A stretch of DNA of 64,000 nucleotides, from positions 832,001-896,000 of the forward strand of contig CBDDCK010000005.1 in the NCBI GenBank assembly GCA_965225855.1, read 5' to 3'. This DNA comes from Spirochaetia bacterium (GTDB taxonomy: Bacteria > Spirochaetota > Spirochaetia > SP-2023). Below, one piece after another: positions 58,626 to 64,000 of the stretch. Both the position numbers and the translations under genes were made by a program. Under the pieces are notes generated by a model. The model searched no databases. It had not been told where the DNA came from and worked only from the letters and a program-made list of their open reading frames with translations. Within the stretch, counting starts at the first letter, position 1; each line of letters opens with the position of its first letter.

Positions 58626-60770
58626 TTACCGAATTATAACTTGAATACTAGTGGTTGGGTCTTCTGGACTACCAGGTACAAATTCTGCTTTTGCTTCCAG
58701 GTTGTATTCACCATTATTATCACTACTACCAGCCTTAACCAGTATAGCATTGGCTTTGGCTTTTACATTACCGCTTAAAGTAATCTTTAAGAATGTTGCA
58801 TCTGCTTCAGAACCTGTGGCTCTGTTTGCACCTAAAGTTGAGTGCCGGGGTAATGTGAATCTCTTACTACCATCACCGGATACAAGCGTCAATTTGCTAA
58901 AGTCCCATTCTGCAACTGTTTCCGGTAACCTGCTACCACTAATATATAACACACCTGTACGAGTTATATATGATACGTTGTTGATCTGGCTTACGTAGCC
59001 ACTAACGGTAATAGGATTAGTTGTGTCTGCTGCGCTACTACCAATTACAAATCCTGCTGCTGCTTCAAGGTTGTATGCACCAGCATCATCACTTTTACCA
59101 CCCTTAACCAGTATCTTATTGACTTCCGCTTTTACATTACCGCTTAAAGTAATCCTTAAGCCTGTTGCACTTACAAAAGAACCTGTGGCTGTGTTTTCAC
59201 CTGCAGTTGCGTGCCGGGGTAATGGGTATCTCTTTCTACCATCACCGGATACAAGCGTCAATTTGCTAAAGTCCCATCCTGCAATTGATGTCGGTAACTT
59301 GCTACCAATAATATATAACTCGCCTGTATTAACATCGTAGGTTGCTTTGTCGATTCTGACTACATACCCACTAACGGTAATAGGGTTATTGCTTGTGTCT
59401 GCTGCGCTACTACCAATTACAAATCCTGCTGCTGCTTCAAGGTTGTATGCACCAGTATCATCACTATCACCATTCTTAACCAGTATAGCCTCGGCTTTCC
59501 TTTGTTCACTACCCCCTAAAGTAATCGTTAAGCTGGTTGTACTTGCTGCAGAACCTGTGGCAAAGTTTATAGTTGCATATCGGTAGTGTGCTCTTAATGT
59601 GTCACTCTTACGACCATTACCTGCGACAAACCTCAATTTCCTAAAGTCCCAGCCTGTAACTGTTTTCGGTAAATTGATACCTGTAATCACTAACACGCCT
59701 GTACCAGCATTGTAGGTTGCACGGGTAATTGCAGCTTCAGGCGACTGCTGATCTTCAGTTTCGGTCTTAGACTGCTGATCTTCGACTTCTTCGGTTTGTT
59801 CGGCTTCGGGTAGTTCAGGCGACTGCTGATCTTCAGTTTCGGTCTTAGACTGCTGATCTTCGACTTCTTCGGTTTGTTCGGCTTCGGGTAGTTCAGGCGA
59901 CTGCTGATCTTCAGTTTCGGTCTTAGACTGCTGATCTTCGACTTCTTCGGCTTGTTCGTCTTTAGGTTGCTTAGGCGACTGCTGATCTTCAGTTTCGGTC
60001 TTAGACTGCTGATCTTCGACTTCTTCGGCTTGTTCGTCTTTAGGTTGCTTAGGCGACTGCTGATCTTCAGTTTCGGTCTTAGACTGCTGATCTTCGACTT
60101 CTTCGGCTTGTTCGTCTTTAGGTTGCTTAGGCGACTGCTGATCTTCAGTTTCGGTCTTAGACTGCTGATCTTCGACTTCTTCGGCTTGTTCGTCTTTAGG
60201 TTGCTTAGGCGACTGCTCTTCGGCTTGTTCAGCTTCTTCAGTTTGCTTAGATGGCTGATTGTCATCGGATACTTTAGACTGCTTATTTTCGGGTACATTA
60301 CTAACGTCCAAGTCTTTAGGTGTATTTAAACCCGCCCAAGCACCAGAGCCAACGCTAAGCAACCCTTTTTTTAGACCATCCTTATTCATACCGGGCTTGG
60401 CCTCAAGAGTAGCTTTATGTTGATCGGTAAGTTTCAGCCAAATCGCTGTGCCATCGTTTGCAATACGGTACTTACCTTGTTCAAGACCGTTACTATCTGG
60501 CCCAGTGGCTGGGTCATCTGCAGTATAGGAATTTAAGACTACGCCATATACTTTGATGGTTTGGATTTGCGCTTGGGTCGCAGTTGTAGGACTTAAGTGA
60601 GTACCTTGTACGGTTAACAGCGCCGTGCCAACATCGTAGCTTGCACTGGTGATTGCAGGCCCAGAAGACGGCCCAGAAGATCGATCATCGTCATCGGGTG
60701 GGGCGCAGGCAAAGGCCATAAAGACCAGTAGCCGGGCTAATGGCAATAAAAATAGTTTGAGCTTATACAT
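58626..60770 (-). CDS. Modular repeat surface lipoprotein, paralog 3 (A-long linker-B-B-B)
   Basis: MYKLKLFLLPLARLLVFMAFA-C signal, same A/B repeats, GGAGG RBS. Confidence 0.85.
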   Translation of the reverse strand: MYKLKLFLLPLARLLVFMAFACAPPDDDDRSSGPSSGPAITSASYDVGTALLTVQGTHLSPTTATQAQIQTIKVYGVVLNSYTADDPATGPDSNGLEQGKYRIANDGTAIWLKLTDQHKATLEAKPGMNKDGLKKGLLSVGSGAWAGLNTPKDLDVSNVPENKQSKVSDDNQPSKQTEEAEQAEEQSPKQPKDEQAEEVEDQQSKTETEDQQSPKQPKDEQAEEVEDQQSKTETEDQQSPKQPKDEQAEEVEDQQSKTETEDQQSPKQPKDEQAEEVEDQQSKTETEDQQSPELPEAEQTEEVEDQQSKTETEDQQSPELPEAEQTEEVEDQQSKTETEDQQSPEAAITRATYNAGTGVLVITGINLPKTVTGWDFRKLRFVAGNGRKSDTLRAHYRYATINFATGSAASTTSLTITLGGSEQRKAEAILVKNGDSDDTGAYNLEAAAGFVIGSSAADTSNNPITVSGYVVRIDKATYDVNTGELYIIGSKLPTSIAGWDFSKLTLVSGDGRKRYPLPRHATAGENTATGSFVSATGLRITLSGNVKAEVNKILVKGGKSDDAGAYNLEAAAGFVIGSSAADTTNPITVSGYVSQINNVSYITRTGVLYISGSRLPETVAEWDFSKLTLVSGDGSKRFTLPRHSTLGANRATGSEADATFLKITLSGNVKAKANAILVKAGSSDNNGEYNLEAKAEFVPGSPEDPTTSIQVIIR
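59740..60207 (-). repeat. Intragenic tandem repeat 6 x 78 bp (26-aa acidic unit)
   Basis: Units at 59740, 59818, 59896, 59974, 60052, 60130; four QSPKQPKDEQAEEVEDQQSKTETEDQ and two QSPELPEAEQTEEVEDQQSKTETEDQ. Confidence 0.95.
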
Positions 60771-60834
60771 AAGCAATACCTCCAAAAATGGCTTGAGATT
60801 GACAAAACCCATACGGGCTATTGTATAGTGCCCT

Positions 60835-60861
60835 ATTTTGTGAGGGGGGGTGTTGCGTCAA
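60835..60861 (-). promoter_or_regulatory. Putative promoter with C7 tract in a 15-bp spacer (lipoprotein copy 3)
   Basis: Minus strand TTGACG-caacaCCCCCCCtca-CAAAAT. Confidence 0.65.
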
Positions 60862-61048
60862 GGCCCATACAAGCTTTTTGTAAGCTTTTTACAAGTTTTT
60901 TTGTGCTTTTTTTATGTTTTAGTGTTGTTTGGGTACTTTAGCTTGGGCTATATGGGCTTCTGGGTATTTAGCTGGGGCTCTTCAAGCAAACAACTTTGGC
61001 TATACAGTGTTGATCGGGTTTGTTGGAAAATCCCTAGGTTGCCAATCA

Positions 61049-61113
61049 AAAAAGCTAGTAAGGTTTTCAGTCAAAACCTTACTAGCTTTTTCAGAAACCT
61101 TATTAGCTTTTTG
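61049..61113. repeat. 19-bp perfect inverted repeat plus a third, direct copy of the arm
   Basis: AAAAAGCTAGTAAGGTTTT-cagtc-AAAACCTTACTAGCTTTTT-cag-AAACCTTATTAGCTTTTT. Confidence 0.85.
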
Positions 61114-61523
61114 AGACCGTGGCCCGTTACCATGATATTTTGATACTTGATGCGATATTGTTGCCCAATTACTGCCGACAACCCATATGCCGAAAAACAA
61201 AAATTTTTTACCTTTTTATTTTGGAAAGTAAGCCAATTTGTACCTTCCATTTGTCCCAAAAAAATCCCGAGTTATCGCGTCTTATCCCGTAAGTTATCAT
61301 GTCCTCTTTCAATTCTCTGAGGGCTGGAAAAAAACCGTCATTCTGGAAATTAAAAAATTGTAGTTGTCTCTATTCTGCAAAACTATCATTTCGTAGCAAG
61401 TTTACCTTTGCTGTGCTTTTATCCATTTTCAGAAATATTTTTTCAAAAGGAGTTGGAATATTTTTATCAAAGGATTATAATAAGTTCAGTCAGATGCCAA
61501 AGTTATTTGGTAGGAGATAAAAT

Positions 61524-62498
61524 ATGAGAATACTTATCACTGGTGCAAATGGATTTCTCGGAACCAGATTAGCTCAGAAACTTATCAGTCAAGGTCAAAT
61601 ATCTCTTGATGGTTCAATGCACGATATTCAAGAGCTCATACTTGTAGACAAGAATCCATTTACTGCCTTCTATGGGGCATATAAAAATGTTGTTACACTT
61701 TGCTACAATTTCTGTGATCCTGCCGCGTTAGATATAATTTTTGCTAAGGCTTATGATGTGGTATTCCATCTTGCTGCAATTGTTAGTGGGCAAGCCGAAA
61801 GAAATCTTCAGCTAGGCTATACAGTAAATGTCCAAGCTACTTGGGAAATACTAAACAGAATTGCTGAACATAAATATACACGTTTTTTTATGACAAGCTC
61901 TATAGCAGTATTTGGAGCACCTATTCCACAGCTTGTGCCCGATCTATTTCCTTGTTTACCGGCTTCAAGTTATGGCGCACAAAAAGCTATTAGTGAACTT
62001 TATGTTCTCGACTACAGTCGTAGAAAATTATGTGATGGTCGTATGCTACGATTGCCCACTATTGTAGTGCGTTCAGATACCCCCAATGCGGCAACCTCTA
62101 GTTTTGTAAGCTCCATTATCAGAGAACCTCTAAATCAAAGACACGCTTCTTGTCCAGTCCCTAAGGATTCAAAACTTTGGATATTATCTCCTGATGATGC
62201 CATAAAATCCATCTTGTATGCGACCGATTTAGAAGAATGCAAGATTTCTAATACGCGTATCATCAATCCTATTGGCCTTAGCGTTAGTGTGCAACAAATA
62301 TTAGATGTTCTTATTCAAATAAAAGGAAAAGAAATACTCCATTATATTCAATTTACACAAGATTCATTTATAGAAAGTATAGTTCTCTCATGGCCATCAC
62401 AATTTGAGTCAAAGACAGCAAGGGAACTGGGCTTCCCACCCATTAAAAATATTGAAGCCTTGATTAAAGAATATAAAGAATATAATGATAGTTTGTAA
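61524..62498 (+). CDS. denD: D-erythronate dehydrogenase-like extended SDR
   Basis: GANGFLG, FHLAAIVSG.AE, TSSIAVFG, SYGAQKA, LRLPTI, PNAA.SSF.S.IIREPL. Confidence 0.8.
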   Translation: MRILITGANGFLGTRLAQKLISQGQISLDGSMHDIQELILVDKNPFTAFYGAYKNVVTLCYNFCDPAALDIIFAKAYDVVFHLAAIVSGQAERNLQLGYTVNVQATWEILNRIAEHKYTRFFMTSSIAVFGAPIPQLVPDLFPCLPASSYGAQKAISELYVLDYSRRKLCDGRMLRLPTIVVRSDTPNAATSSFVSSIIREPLNQRHASCPVPKDSKLWILSPDDAIKSILYATDLEECKISNTRIINPIGLSVSVQQILDVLIQIKGKEILHYIQFTQDSFIESIVLSWPSQFESKTARELGFPPIKNIEALIKEYKEYNDSL

Positions 62499-62560
62499 GT
62501 TAATCATTATTAAAGGAGCTATATTATTATAGTCTAAATAAATCCGTATAGGAGGCGCGT

Positions 62561-63949
62561 ATGGACGCAAATTTATTTCAAATTATTTTAGGCTTAGCTG
62601 TAGAGATTATTGCTTTAGTGCTGTTTGTTGTTTTTTCACGGGTACATGCTTTTCCTGCTTTAATTATTGCCGCCATCATAGCAGGTACTATAGGAGGTTA
62701 TGGCTTCCTTCCCACATTAGATGCCATAAAGAAAGGATTTGGAGGCACATTAGGAAGCATAGGAATTATTATTGGGTTTGGTGTAATAATGGGAACATTA
62801 TTTGAAATCTCGGGCGCAGCAAAGAGAATGGCAATGTTTTTTCTTAAAATTTTTGGTAAAGGAAGAGAGGAATACGCATTAGCCGTGACGGGCTTTGTCG
62901 TTTCTATTCCTATTTTTTGTGATTCTGCTTTCATTATTTTGTCATCCTTGGCAAAAGCTATTGCGCGCAACACAGGAAAAAGCCTGACTACCCTAGGCGT
63001 TGCCCTGGCTGCAGGATTAGTGGTTACCCATACTATTGTGCCACCAACACCAGGACCGTTATTAGTGTTATCTAATTTTGATATTGAAATTGGAACATTC
63101 TTAATTTGGTCATTATTATTTTCTATTCCCATTGTGCTTGTATCTGTATTGTATTCTCAGTATATCGGGAAAAAGGTATTTCGTCTTCCAGCACTGCAAG
63201 GAGATGGTTTTATCGATGCTCGTTACTCTGAAGATGTTCAGAAGAAAGCATTCATTACTGATACAGAAAAACTTCCTTCTACTTTTATGTCCTTTCTGCC
63301 TATAATGCTTCCATTGTTTCTTATTTTTTTAAGCACACTTTTTAATGCACTTGGCTTAAAGGCAAACTCAGAAGCGCCTTTATACCAGTTTATACACAGC
63401 CTTGGAAACCCCATTGTAGCAGTAGGTTTGGGGCTTCTGGTTGGCCTTTTTACACTTACAAGAGGTATAGAAAAGCGCAAAGTGTTACATGCATCTGATG
63501 AAGCAATAAAACAAGCAGGTATTATAGTGTTTGTAACAGGAGGAGGAGGTGCTCTTGGTCAGGTGCTTCGAGATAGCGGTGCAGGTCAAATAATTGCTGA
63601 GGCGCTGGTAAATACCAATATTCCTATCGTTCTGCTGCCTATCATTATTGCCTCTTTAGTACGATTTCTACAAGGTTCGGGCACCGTATCGCTTATTACT
63701 TCTTCGTCTATTGTAGCTCCGATAATATTAAGCGGAGATATTCCTATCTCACCTGTTATTGCAGCCCTTGGGTGCTGTGTAGGTGGCCTCTTTTTTGCGT
63801 ATTTTAATGATAGTTATTTTTGGGTAGTAACTCGCAGCATAGGCATTAAGGAAACAAAAGATCAAATGCGTGTTTGGACCAGTACTACAATGGTAGCTTG
63901 GGCTGTGGGCGTGCTAATATTACTTCCACTCAGTCTTTTTGTAAGATAG
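62561..63949 (+). CDS. GntP-family sugar-acid permease
   Basis: GFGGTLGSIGIIIG.G, SIPIFCD, H..VPPTPGP, QGSGTV, NDS.FWV. Confidence 0.9.
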   Translation: MDANLFQIILGLAVEIIALVLFVVFSRVHAFPALIIAAIIAGTIGGYGFLPTLDAIKKGFGGTLGSIGIIIGFGVIMGTLFEISGAAKRMAMFFLKIFGKGREEYALAVTGFVVSIPIFCDSAFIILSSLAKAIARNTGKSLTTLGVALAAGLVVTHTIVPPTPGPLLVLSNFDIEIGTFLIWSLLFSIPIVLVSVLYSQYIGKKVFRLPALQGDGFIDARYSEDVQKKAFITDTEKLPSTFMSFLPIMLPLFLIFLSTLFNALGLKANSEAPLYQFIHSLGNPIVAVGLGLLVGLFTLTRGIEKRKVLHASDEAIKQAGIIVFVTGGGGALGQVLRDSGAGQIIAEALVNTNIPIVLLPIIIASLVRFLQGSGTVSLITSSSIVAPIILSGDIPISPVIAALGCCVGGLFFAYFNDSYFWVVTRSIGIKETKDQMRVWTSTTMVAWAVGVLILLPLSLFVR

Positions 63950-64000
63950 TACGGAGCTGCGCAGATACCCTGAAGGCGCACGGTAAAAAAATACGCCAAT

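Noticed and set aside
59690..60329. Repetitive alternative-frame ORFs (202 aa, 125 aa; also 13852-14067)
   Set aside because: Shadow frames of the tandem repeats inside the lipoprotein genes.
1..64000. tRNA, rRNA, transposase or integrase genes
   Set aside because: None recognised by eye; tRNAscan, Infernal and IS searches were not run, so small RNAs could have been missed.

Overview
Bacterial chromosome segment, probably from a spirochete. This is inferred from the yggS-hypothetical-rluA gene order, the moxR/bat operon, a eukaryote-type hexokinase and a BMP-family remnant. Most of the window is housekeeping or metabolic: aceE-aceF-lpdA, hflX, pgeF, prmC, smr, serS, hexokinase/nagA, pntA1A2B, dnaE, trxA, djlA, purB, moxR-DUF58-batABCD, yccA, M18 peptidase, yggS, rluA, nadABC, murD, nrdB and denD-gntP. 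The striking feature is a family of three dispersed, modular surface-lipoprotein genes (13326-15476 +, 44577-46958 -, 58626-60770 -) that share non-coding architecture. All three have a sigma70-like promoter with a C7 tract in a short 15-bp spacer, a candidate phase-variation switch. Two have an upstream 162-bp array of seven 18-bp quasi-palindromes at an exact 23-bp period, with the units in a different order at each locus. Two have a downstream 42-44-bp hairpin repeat. Spot counts suggest GC skew is reversed between the two inverted copies. There is also a small decayed island (XRE, stop-interrupted nuclease, ImmA fragment) beside an orphan nrdB. No CRISPR array, rRNA, tRNA, transposase, recombinase or reverse transcriptase was recognised. 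All calls were made by eye, with no database searches.
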